A program made the position numbers and the translations under genes. A stretch of DNA of 64,000 nt from Octopus sinensis (taxonomy: Eukaryota): the NCBI RefSeq assembly GCF_006345805.1, contig NC_043008.1:48856001-48920000 (forward strand), given 5' to 3'. Below, piece by piece: positions 40,028-53,000 of the stretch; position 1 is the stretch's first letter; each line of letters opens with the position of its first letter. The notes under the pieces are model-generated. The model was not told the origin of the DNA and searched no databases. It was given only the letters and a program-made list of their open reading frames with translations.

Positions 40028-40118
40028 CATTGTCATCCTTATTGTCACCATCTCCCACCACTACCATTGATAAAGTCAGTTACAGCTATGTAATCACTAC
40101 TCTTACCACCACCACCCA

Positions 40119-40168
<50 letters not shown>

Positions 40169-41917
40169 TACTATACTATTACTACTACTACTACTACTAC
40201 CACAACCACTACTGCTGCTGCTGCTACTACTACTACGATGACGACGACGACAATGACGACAGCCACCACCACCACCACCACCACCACTATGGTCACCCCC
40301 TCCCTCTACCATTACAACCACCTCCACCACCTCTTTCCCTGTTGATTGATTAGCAATAAAAATAACGACTGATTTGTATTTTTAATGCAGGCGACCAGTG
40401 TTGAGAGAAAAGTCGAGATCTGTGAGCGATCGTATAAAATTCTTACCGAAGTGGTTAAATTCTTGCCCCAGAATATCATCTTTGATTTGAACATTCTGAC
40501 CATTGCTACAGGAATAGAAGAACACAATGATTATGGTAAAAACTTCATCGATGCCACAAGAATTGTCAAGGTTGGTAATGGTTTTAGACTAATTGGATTT
40601 TTTGCAGAAGAATGAGGATTTAGTGAATGAGTGACTGCAAACTCTTGTGTTTCTGTCTTTATCACCACTGCCACCCTTATTGCACCCCCTATTTGTTCCA
40701 CATACTTCTTGAGATTTTTACTCACTGTTCCCAGGGTTCTCACAATTATTGGTACTACTGCTACCTTTTTCATCGACCATAACTGTTTAACCTCCCAAGC
40801 TAACCTGTCCTATCTATCGACTTTTCTTTCTTCCTTATCGCACATCTTGTTGTCAGCTGGGCATGCTATATCTATGATCCAGCATAGTTTGCTTTCTTTC
40901 TCAATTAAGACTATGCCTGGTTTCCTATTATCATTATTATTATTATTATAATTATTCAGTAGTTTTATTTTTATAGCATGCTTTCACTTCACTACCGAGC
41001 ACAGCTCTGTGTGCCTTGGGTATGTGCTGTGATTTGTTGTGATGCTCTGATGGTTATTGTATGGAAAGTGTTCTGCGTAGGATGTGTGCAGTGCCTAGTA
41101 GTGCAATTTTCTGTATGTTATATGTGTTTGTAAGTCCTGGTGTTTTTGTTATGTATTTGTCTGAATATTTTTTTATCATGCCTAATGCACCTACTATGAT
41201 AGGAATTGTTTCTGTTTTCAGATTCCACATTCTAGTTACCTCTATTTCCAGGACTTTGTATTTTGAGAGTTTCTCCATTTCTTTTAGAGACACGTTGTCA
41301 TCAGCCGGTATTGATACATCAATTAGAAAGCATTTTTTTTCTTTCTGTTGGCCTTAATTTCTCTATCTGTGTGTATCGCCATATCCCAGAGTATGGTTGC
41401 TTTCTCGTTTTCTGTGACCTTTTCTGGTGTGTGCCTATACCATCTTTTTTCTGTTGTTATTCCATAATGTTGGCATAGCTTCCAATGTATGTAGGTTCCA
41501 ACTCTGTCATGTCTGTGAATATATTCCTTCTTAGCCAAGACTGGGCAGCTAGAGATAATATGATTTATTGTTTCTTGTCCATCTCCACATATTCTGCAGT
41601 TACTTGTAATATTTCTTTTCATTACATGTTTTTGGTAATTTCTGGTGGGGAGGCTTTGGTCTTGTGCTGCAATTAAAAATCCCTCTGTTTCTGCTTTGAG
41701 TCCTGAGCTTCTCAACCATTGCTGGGATTTTTCTTTGTCTATTTCTTTTGCGTTTAGTTTAGTCCAGTATTTACCATGAAGGGGCTTTTCTTGCCATCGT
41801 TTTATCATGGTTCGTTGCTGTTCTATTTTTAGTTTGGATTTCATTTGTTTTATAGCTTTTGTTGTTTCTTCATCTTCTTCTTCTTCATGTTTATTATTAT
41901 TATTATTATTATTATTA

Positions 41918-41954
<37 letters not shown>

Positions 41955-42437
41955 AATATTATTATTGAGTGAGAGAGCAGTGCATGCCATCAAAATGACA
42001 CTGGGGCAAAATATGCGAAACCCAGTATACTCATCATGACTACCCGTCTGATAAGGGTACACTAGGCACATGCATCACAACCATATGTGTGCAACATAGT
42101 GATCTCATATTAAGATAAACAGTACATGACCTTGCAGGTGGGGCCCAGTTAGAATTTTCTTCTGGTCGAGTAACCCATCCTGCTCAAAAGGTCCCTGAAT
42201 AAGGGTTGTTTAAGGATATTGAATGAAACACCCATGTTTCCAGAGGTGAATTATTCAAACCCCAAAGAATCCCTCTCAACACACGGCTATGATGCTCCCC
42301 CACTACTTCTGCTCGTGATCAGAGATGCACATATCGTCAGCCACTAGGGGACATGTTCAACTGGTTAAGGTCAAGCAACTGTGGTATTGAGCAGAATATT
42401 TGCTGTATTTGCCCATCTTTTATACTAAGATAAAACA

Positions 42438-42473
<36 letters not shown>

Positions 42474-45400
42474 TATTATTATTGTTGTTGTTGTTGTTGT
42501 TGTTATGATTGTCGTTGTTTTGCAGAAAAATCTCGTTGGTGTGAAGATCAGTGGTGGGATTTCCAATCTTTCTTTTGCATTTCGTGGTAAAAACCAAATC
42601 CGTGAAGCAATGCACAGTGTGTTTTTGTATCATGCTATCAAGGTAAATATCTGATTCTTCTACTTTAGAATAAAATGGTTTTGTGGCTGATTAACCTTGT
42701 CTTTGAGGCTTTAGTTCAATCTGAACCCAATCAGAGATCTTTGGAAACCCCTGCGTAATAGTTAAAGGAAATCTCAGCTTCAAATACATAGAGAGGGAAA
42801 AGCATAAACTGGAACTCCCCAGGTTATGAGGACGAGTGTTCCAGATGATCCGATCAATGGAACAGCCTGATCATGGAGTCTGCCATGCAGTGGGACTGAA
42901 CCCAGAACCATGTGGTTGGTAAGCAAGCTACTTACCGCACAACCACTCCTGTACCTTTGAATATGATTTGATCTTGGACTGTTCTGATTCACAACAAACA
43001 ACTATGAGGAACTCTCAGCCCAGTGCTCTAACAACCTTACTAATTAGCCACCTAAAATAATTAGCAATAATAGACACATGAAGCTTTACATTTGATTAAT
43101 TATGAAGCGACGATGGCAGCGGCGGCGGTGGCGTTAAAGTTTTATCTTTTATTTTGTAGATTCTTCTATATTTTCTTTTTTTTTGTAGCAGTTGTTTTGA
43201 GTCGGTAGAGCTACTAAGTCTTTTCTGACGTTTCCAGATCTTTGCAGTTTTATTTTCAAGAAATGAATCTATTCTGGAAATACCAGATGTGGATTTAAGG
43301 ACTCTGTTGTTCTAAACCAGCTGTAAAAAAGCTAATAACAAAATATGGGAAAATCTGGAATATGAGCAGGCATCAAAGAAAAGTTATTTCCAAAACGAAC
43401 ACAAAATTTAATTAATCATAAATTCACTCGTTTGGAAGACATTGGTTTTTCTGCAGTCAAATGTAACTATTCCACATAAAAGATGACTAATGATGGAAAT
43501 TGCCAAAAATGGTCCACTCCATGCCAGCACAGAACAGAGACATTAAATGATGCTGCTGCTGCTGCTGATGATGATAGTGTTGGTGGTGATGATGATGATG
43601 ATGATGGCCTGTGTGTTGAATTGTTTCTGTTTTTGTTTGTTTTTGTGTATTAATTTCTTGATGTTGTTTTTTTCTGTTTGAAAGGCTGGAATGGATCTTG
43701 GAATTGTCAATGCTGGCAATCTCCCATTGTATTCGGATATTGAAGAAAACCTTCTTCGTCTGTGCGAAGACATAATATGGAATACAATTCCAGATGGCAC
43801 CGAACAGATGTTAATGTACGCAGAGGTAAGGCAAGAAATACAAGTTTTAATAATGTACATACACATATGTACGTATGTCCACACACACACACACACACAT
43901 TCACATACACACACTCATATATATATTTCTCATGTCTGTCCACAGAAGTTGGATAAAACTGCGAAGAAGAATGTGACGGAGGAAGAATGGCGCAGTTTGC
44001 CCCTGGAGGAGCGTCTCGTTTATTCTCTTGTGAAGGTCAGGCATTTTCCCTTTATTACTTTATTATATCGAACAAACTAAACTGTACTCAGCAACCGAAC
44101 TATTAGTCTATAATAATAACAACAACACCAACACCACCACCAACAACAACAACAACAGTTGTTCAAGAATTTGGACTTGGAGATCTCCATTTCCAGCGAC
44201 TTCGGAGGCCACCTCCCAGTGGTGTCGGGCGTCAACAAAGAGCCCTCAAGTACAAGACAAACAATTTCTTTTTTTTTTGTCAAAGTTCTGGGGTCTCCCG
44301 CTCCTAAGCCTTAGACCATCACCTAATCACCCTTACCCGTCTTGTTGCTTAACAACAGCAACAACAACAACAACAACCAACAACAATAAGAGAACTCAGA
44401 GAGCACAAACTTCTGCCAAAGCAATACCAGAGTCCTCTCAATGATTAACCAGAGATAAATTTTTAAAATGAGAATATCTGAAATAAACTCGACTGCTCTC
44501 ACAAACGAGAATAATAAAAATGAACCTGATCGCTCTCAAATGGGGAAAATAATCCATATACCTTGTCCGGTACCTGATTGATCCCATTGGGAGTCATGGA
44601 ATGTGCAAGAGGGTGGTGTGCAGCTGTGTTTGTAATGCTGTGTATGTGTCGTCTAGGTAATGAAAATATTTGCATGACTTGAGTGCACACGTGTCGATCA
44701 GTCTTTCGGAGTCACTACGTAAAAGTTTTGGAAACACTTATTGAAATGCAACAGGAACTTTTATAGAGAACCGTAATTGAACATAAAAATCATAATTGTA
44801 ATGAAATGCATACTGCATCGTGGTCTTAAATTGCAGTCTTCCTTTCGTAATCCTGTTGTTTTAGATCGATGTATAGAATTATGTATATATGTAAGTATAT
44901 ACATAAAGTGTTAAAATGTATGTATAATCTCCTAATATAATAATGAGTGTTGTCCATTTATATATTTGTGTATATATATATATATGATAGAGGTGGAGTG
45001 AGAGGTGAAGGTTGAGGAGATAAATGGCAAAGAGAGTGTCATATGACTGAGAAAGGAAGGTGTGATTGATGAATAACGAAGGAAGGAAGTTTTGAGGAAA
45101 GAAATTTAAAAAAACTGTGGTCAATGAAAAGAGTGATTATTGTGCCAATAATTGTTGGTAGAGTGATCAAAGAGATTAAGAATCGGTTGGAAATGATTGG
45201 AATAAAAAATGGAAATAGAGAACATCCAAAAAAAAAAGCAAAAAACAAAAGCATTACTTGGCATTGAAAGGAATCTCTGCAAAGTCTTTGAGACTTGAAA
45301 AACAATGTTCATGGGAAGTGAACAGCTGGGACATTAATGACACCTCCAGCTGATGGTGGTGGTGGTGGTGGTGGTGTGATGATGATGATGGGTTCATAGA

Positions 45401-46965
45401 TTTGTGGAATTGTTTTAGAATTGCTTTGTGGCATTTATTTCAGCCATTTACATTTTGAGTTCAAATGCTGCTGACATCATTTTTGCATCACGTCCCTTCA
45501 GGGTCGATAAAATATAACACCACTCAATAAATAAATAAATAAATAAATAAATACATTCATATATTATATTAATGAAAATAAAAATGGAATTTTAATTTTA
45601 TTGTTTGAAAGAAATTGGTTTGTTTCTTTTTTGTTTATCTTATTGTTTTTTGTCTGTGTGTCTTGAAGGGAATCGACAAATACATCATCCAAGACGTGCA
45701 AGAAGCTCACCAATCTGTAGATGCTTATCCGATCCCTTTGAAGATAATCGAAGGGCCATTAATGAAGGTAAGCACCTGTCAGTTTTATTACGATCAGTTT
45801 TATTGTTCTCAAAGCCATTGGCAGGAAGAAACAACTCAAGGTTTCTCTGAAGGGAATGAACAATGGTCGTCTCAGAGTTCCTCTGGTTATTTATGGGAGC
45901 AGTTTTTACAGTTTCTTCTGGAGAACTTTCAGTTTGGGGATTATGGACATCTTGCAAAAGTCCATGGCATGGCAGCTCTGGCAAGGGGTATTGCGTGTTC
46001 GAGACAAATGTTGTAGGCATGGGAGCATCAAGGACCAAACCTGTCTGAAATGTGTCCCGTGGGATAAAGCCATTGATTTTCACTGGGGGTCAATGTAATC
46101 AACTTATTCGCTTCCCTTAAATTGCTGGCCTTGTGCCAAAATTTGAAACCAGTATTTCACAGTATTGTTAGATCTGTTTTTTTTTTTTATTTCCAGGGAA
46201 TGAACAAAGTCGGAGATTTGTTTGGTTCTGGCAAAATGTTTCTGCCACAAGTTATCAAGTCTGCTCGAGTCATGAAGAAAGCTGTGGCTTATCTGATTCC
46301 TTTCATGGAAGATGATAAAGAAAAGAAATTGAATGTAAGGAAATTATTCTCCCTTTTGTTTCCAAAATGGTCTCTTTTATTTTTTGTTGCTTCTGGGTAT
46401 GATTAATGATTACCAAAGTTTGATTAAGTTTTATTTATATTAATGGAAAGAAATATTATTCTAAGTTAATTAACAACATATCTAATTATCATTCTAAGTT
46501 GATGACACACCAAACCATTCTCTCCATTGATTAATACCTCCCCCTCCCCCAGTTCTATGTAGAGTTATTCTATGTTGTCTAAGAGCAGGTCATGGCTGGC
46601 TGGGTGGTTAAGAATTTTGTCTTGAAACAGCAGGATCTGAAGTCCAGTTCCACTGAACAACACCATCTGTATTCCAAGATGACCATTGTCTTGCGAGAGA
46701 ATTTTGTAGATAGAAATTGTGTGGAAGCTCATCAGGGCTTACAGTCTTGTAAGTTCTTTGGTAACCTCACAGCTGCTGGTGCCATGTAAAAAGTACTCAG
46801 TTACATTCTGTAAAGTAGTTGGCAATAAGAAGGGCATCCAGCCATAGAAATCCTGCCAAGGGAGGCGATTGGAGCCTGGTACAGTCTTCTGCCTTGCCAG
46901 TTCCTGTTAAGCTATCCACCCATGCCAGCAGGGAAAATAAATGTTAAATGATGTTGACGATAATG

Positions 46966-47003
<38 letters not shown>

Positions 47004-50000
47004 TCATCATCATCATCATCATCATCGTTTAATGTCTGTTTTCCATGCTAGCACAGGTTGGACGGTTCGACTAGGGTCTGGGAAGCCAGGAGGCTGCACC
47101 AGGCTCCAGTCTGATCTGGCAGTGTTTTTACTGTTGGATGCCCTTCCTAACGCCAACCACTCTGTGAGTGTAGTGGGTACTTTTTACGTGCCAGGGGAGG
47201 TTGGCAGCGGCCACGATCAGTTGATGCTTTTTACGTGCCACCGGCACAGAAGCCAGTCGAGGCGGTGCTGGCATCGGCCACGTTTGGATGGTGCTTTTTA
47301 CATGCCACTGGCACAGGTATCACAACAACAATTTCCATTTGATGTTGATGTACTTGACTCAATAGGCCTCCTCAAGCACAGCAGGTCACCCTACGATCCA
47401 AGGTAAGCTCAGACACACGCACAAATACACATAAAAACACACACACATACACAGGAAGTGTTCTTCCTGGATGGTCATATTTTTCTCTCTTTATATTATT
47501 GTGTGTTTATAGGACACCCCTTAACAGCCAGTGTTTGTTTGTTTACATTCTCATAACTTGACAGTTGGGCAAAAATAGGAATGCTTAGAATAAATACCAG
47601 ACTTAAAAAGTGAATTCTAGGATCGATTTGATTGACCGAAGTAGTGCTGTAGCATGGCCATACTCAAAAGACTGAATCCAAACCAGTGCAAAAGAATTCT
47701 TCCATTTAACTGCCTGAAAGTTTAATTTCTGTTGGAAAGCAACTCTAACAATATATTGGTTCGTTACTGACGACTCCACATGATGGTTCGTTAATAATTA
47801 AAGCCTAAAAGTAAAGAATTTATTTTCTTTACTTTTAGAATTTTCGGTTTTCACCAAAAGACAAAAAAAGTGTGACCGGAATAAATCTCAGCCAAAATAT
47901 TTCTTATTTCTTAATCTTTGATTTGAAGGAGTTCCATAAAAGTTCCAGTCATTGAGATCTTCATGGAACCTGTCTATAGAGACTTATTGATCATCAATAC
48001 ACCTTGATTAATTGTCTGCGAGGGATGAAGATGGAATTGGTTTCAATGAAGTGGCTTAAATTTTTAAATTTTAGTCTTTTTTATTTGTTTTTTTTCAACT
48101 TGTTTATTTGTGGAAAACTTTTCAACAGAAAAGAGTGAAAATGAAAATAGAAAAAGAAAAATAAGGAAGAAATATTTTTGTTGTTTGATTTTAATCTTTT
48201 TTTTAAAAATCTATTTTTGCTTTTCTTTCCTAATCACTCCTACTCTCTCTAATTCCTTTCCTCACTCTCTTCTTTGTTTTTTTTTACCTCTCATCCATTT
48301 TTCTCAAAAATTTCTTCTGTGTACAACATATGCCCATACATATAATGCAGACATATACTACACTAGCGCTATGACCCGGCGTTGCTGGGTCATTGGCGTA
48401 TCAATTGGCATTCAATTGGCATATCAAGTTTCAGGCATTTTGATTGGGTTTTGGATAGAAAATTCACAAAATAGTCACTCCTATTGATTTTTTAATGGCT
48501 TTGCGGGGTGACTGGGGAAATTTAAAGATGTGCACGACCATCCTTGGACGGTTTTGAATAACCATAGAAAGTGTGAGCCCTCTAACTGAAAAATTGTGGA
48601 TTTGTATAAAGGACACACACACACACCTTTCCACCACCATTTATATCTCCTTTTCAATAAGGCCTTGTACGATTGAGTTGTGTAAGGGGAGATAAGCATG
48701 TTTTGATCAATGTTTTCTGTGAAAGAAGAAATAATTTGCTTTCCTGTTATGTAAAATATATTAAGACATATAAAATATCTGTTGTATGTTTATTAATTGT
48801 CTGCGTATATGTGACTGGAGGTTTGCTGAAATATCTGTAACATTAAAAATAGATAGATAGATAAATAGAGAGAGAGAGATCTTTCCCCTCATTGACCCAT
48901 CATCATCATCCTCGTTGTCGTCGTCGTCCTCATCATCATTTAATATCTGTATTTGCATAAAAAAAAGGTTATATGTTGCATGTGTGTGCATTTGTGTGTC
49001 TGGATGTGTGTGTGTAAGTTGGAGGAAGGCTGTGAAGTTGGAAGTGTGTAAATCAACTGCTGGCCTTGCAGAGGTAGTGTGTGTGCATGTGTGTGTGCAT
49101 GTGTGGGTGCATGTGTGTGTGCATGTGTGGGTGCATGTGTGTGTGCATGTGTGTGTGTATTTATGTGTGTGTGTGTATGTGTATTTATGTGTGTGTGTGT
49201 ATGTGTGTGTTGCGTGTATCTTTATATATGTGTGTGTGCATGTGTATGTGTATTTATGTAAGTGTATGTGTGTGTGTGTGTGTTTGCATGCATGCGTGTA
49301 TATATGTGTGTGTGTATTCAAAGCAATGTGTTGATATATACTTTTTAACACATGTTAAATGATGGTGATGATGATGATGATGAAGCTGTGCACTGCTTTT
49401 TACTTTTTGTGGTTCAGAAAGTATTTCTGTTGTTGCTGCCATAATTTGTTGTTGTTGTTGTTGTTGTTGTTACAGGAGAGGACTTATAACGGTACCATGG
49501 TGATAGCCACAGTGAAAGGAGACGTCCACGACATAGGGAAGAATATTGTTGCTGTTGTACTTGGTTGCAATAATTTCAAGTAAGTTACATACATATATAC
49601 ATACACACAGCAGCCAGCCTGCATATATATACATATATACATACACACAGCAGCCAGCCTGCATATATATACATATATATACACACGCAGCCAGCCTGCA
49701 TATATATACATATATATATACACACAGCAGCCAGCCTGCATATATATACATATATATATACACACAGCAGCCAGCCTGCATATATATACATATATATATA
49801 CACACAGCAGCCAGCCTGCATATATATACATATATATATACACACAGCAGCCAGCCTGCATATATATACATATATATATACACACAGCAGCCAGCCTGCA
49901 TATATATACATATATACATACACACAGCAGCCAGCCTGCATATATATACATATATATATACACACAGCAGCCAGCCTGCATATATATACATATATACATA

Positions 50001-53000
50001 CACACAGCTGCCAGCCTGCATATATATACATATATACATACACACAGCTGCCAGCCTGCATATATATACATATATACATACACACAGCAGCCAGCCTGCA
50101 TATATATACATATATACATACACACAGCTGCCAGCCTGCATATATATACATATATACATACACACAGCTGCCAGCCTGCATATATATACATATATACATA
50201 CACACAGCAGCCAGCCTGCATATATACATATATATATACACAGCAGCCAGCCTGCATATATATACATATATACATACACACAGCAGCCAGCCTGCATATA
50301 TATACATATATATATACACACAGCTGCCAGCCTGCATATATATACATATATATATACCACAGCAGCCAGCCTGCATATATATACATATATATATACACAC
50401 AGCAGCCAGCCTGCATATATATACATATATATACACACAGCACCAGCCTGCATATATATACATATATATACACACACAGCAGCCAGCCTGCATATATATA
50501 CATATATACATACACACAGCAGCCAGCCTGCATATTATACATATATATACACACAGCAGCCAGCCTGCATATATATACATATATACATACACACAGCTGC
50601 CAGCCTGCATATATATACTATATACATACACACAGCTGCCAGCCTGCATATATATACATATACATACACACAGCTGCCAGCCTGCATATATATACATATA
50701 TACATACACACAGCTGCCAGCCTGCATATATATACATATATACATACACACAGCAGCCAGCCTGCATATATATACATATATACATACACACAGCTGCCAG
50801 CCTGCATATATATACATATATACATACACACAGCTGCCAGCCTGCATATATATACATATATACATACACACAGCAGCCAGCCTGCATATATATACATATA
50901 TATATACACACAGCAGCCAGCCTGCATATATATACATATATACATACACACAGCAGCCAGCCTGCATATATATACATATATACATACACACAGCTGCCAG
51001 CCTGCATATATATACATATATATATACACACAGCTGCCAGCCTGCATATATATACATATATACATACACACAGCAGCCAGCCTGCATATATATACATATA
51101 TACATACACACAGCTGCCAGCCTGCATATATATACATATATACATACACACAGCAGCCAGCCTGCATATATATACATATATACATACACACAGCTGCCAG
51201 CCTGCATATATATACATATATATATACACACAGCTGCCAGCCTGCATATATATACATATATATATACACACAGCATCAATATCATTGTTTTTACATCTGC
51301 TTTTCTCTGATGGCATGAGTTGAATGGGACTTTTTGAAGCTCACCCACTTTGGTCCTTCTCCCCCTTTCTTTCTCTCCCCTCCTCCTCTCTCTCCTATTC
51401 ACTCTGTCCTGGTCAAGCTGTCTTGGCGATATCACAAAGGAAAGAGGCTGCTTTAGTCTCATCATAGACACGACTACCTCTCTACAGTTGGGGGCCATGA
51501 TAAAACACATCACCACCACCACCACCTTCCTCATTTGATGTCCATTATCCAGGAGATGGCAAGGCTGGAGAACCACACCAGACTCCATTTGTTTTGGCAT
51601 GGTTTCTATGGCTGGATGCCCTTCCTAATGCCAAACACTTTGCAGGGTGTGGACTGGGTGCTTCCTCATGTCACGAGCTCTGGTGCATTTGATGTGGCCT
51701 TGGCAAGGCTGCGTTTTACGTAGCATCATCATCCGCAAACTCACAAGACAAGGCTGAGAGAGGGAGTGGAGGGAGGGCATAGGCTGCATGTTTGGATGGC
51801 CATGATATATATATATATATATGTATCTATGTGTGTGTGTGCATGTGTGTGTGTGTGTGTGTGTATGAGTGTGCTTGACTCAATGTTCTAACTAAAGTCC
51901 TTTTTTTTTAATCATTGTTTTACAGAATTGTCGACCTTGGTGTGATGACCCCCTGTGAGAAGATCCTCAGCACTGCTATTGATATTAATGCTGGTTTGAT
52001 CATTATGTTTATCTTTATATCACATCCACAAAGGCAGTGAGCTGGCAGAATTGTTAGCATGCTGGATGAGATGCTTTGCGGTATCTTGGTTGTTGCTGCG
52101 TTCTGAGTTCAAATTCCACGGAGGTAGACTTTACCTTTCATCTTTTCAGGGGTCGATAAATTAAGTACCAGTTGGTTACTGGGGTCGATCTAGTTGGCTG
52201 GTCCTCTCCCCTCAAATTTCAGGCCTTGTGCCTATAATAGAAAGGATTACATTCCCACCCCTCCCCACTCCCTATTCCAGATTCCTGTTTTCCTTGCCAG
52301 AAACTTTACCATTTTTACTAGTGTACAAACTTATATTTAATTAATAATAATAATAATAATAATAATCCTTTCTGCTATAAGCACAAGGCTTGAAATTTAG
52401 GGGAGGGGTAAGTTGTTTGTATTGACCCCATTACACAACTGGTACTTATGTTATTGACCCCGAAAGGATGAAAAGCAAAGTCAACCTTGGCAGAATTTGA
52501 ACTCAGAATGTAAGGACAGACGAAATGCTGCCAAGCCTTTTGCCTGGTGTGCTAACCATTCCGCCAGATTGTCGCCTTAAAAAAAAATAATAATAATGCT
52601 ACCGAGACCACTATACTGGCAGCGCAAGACCAAGCTTTGGCCATAAACTGGAGGGTCAACCTTTGGAATGAGCAAGTGTCTCCGTTGTGCTGCATCTCTA
52701 AAAGAGAGGATAAAACCATTGCCACATCAGAAACAAATGCCCTGGACTTTCCCAAAACCACTACAAGTTGTGGCAATGTGATCAGGTAGCAAAAGTGTGT
52801 AAAATTGGAAACTGTGTAAAAAGTGGGGGCTGGAGAGGGGCAAGACATGGTATGAGCACAAACCACAGAGAGTGGTGGAGTTGGAGACTAACAAAATCCT
52901 CTGGGATTTCCCAATCCAAACAGATCAGGTGCTGGAGCATAACGGACTGGACCTAGTGGTGGTGGACAAGATGCACCACATGTGCCATAGAGTTGATGTT

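Noticed and set aside
46335-49475. Possible micro-exon in the MTR cap/B12 linker (linker shorter than human)
   Set aside because: Exons 21 and 22 join in frame, bacterial linkers are similarly short, and no candidate with both splice sites was found
49587-51275. CRISPR-like regular repeat array
   Set aside because: Eukaryotic intron; units are contiguous with no unique spacers and no cas genes
49470-51600. Very long ORFs (335-671 aa, both strands)
   Set aside because: Translations of the 40-bp minisatellite; low-complexity cycling peptides with no start or splice context
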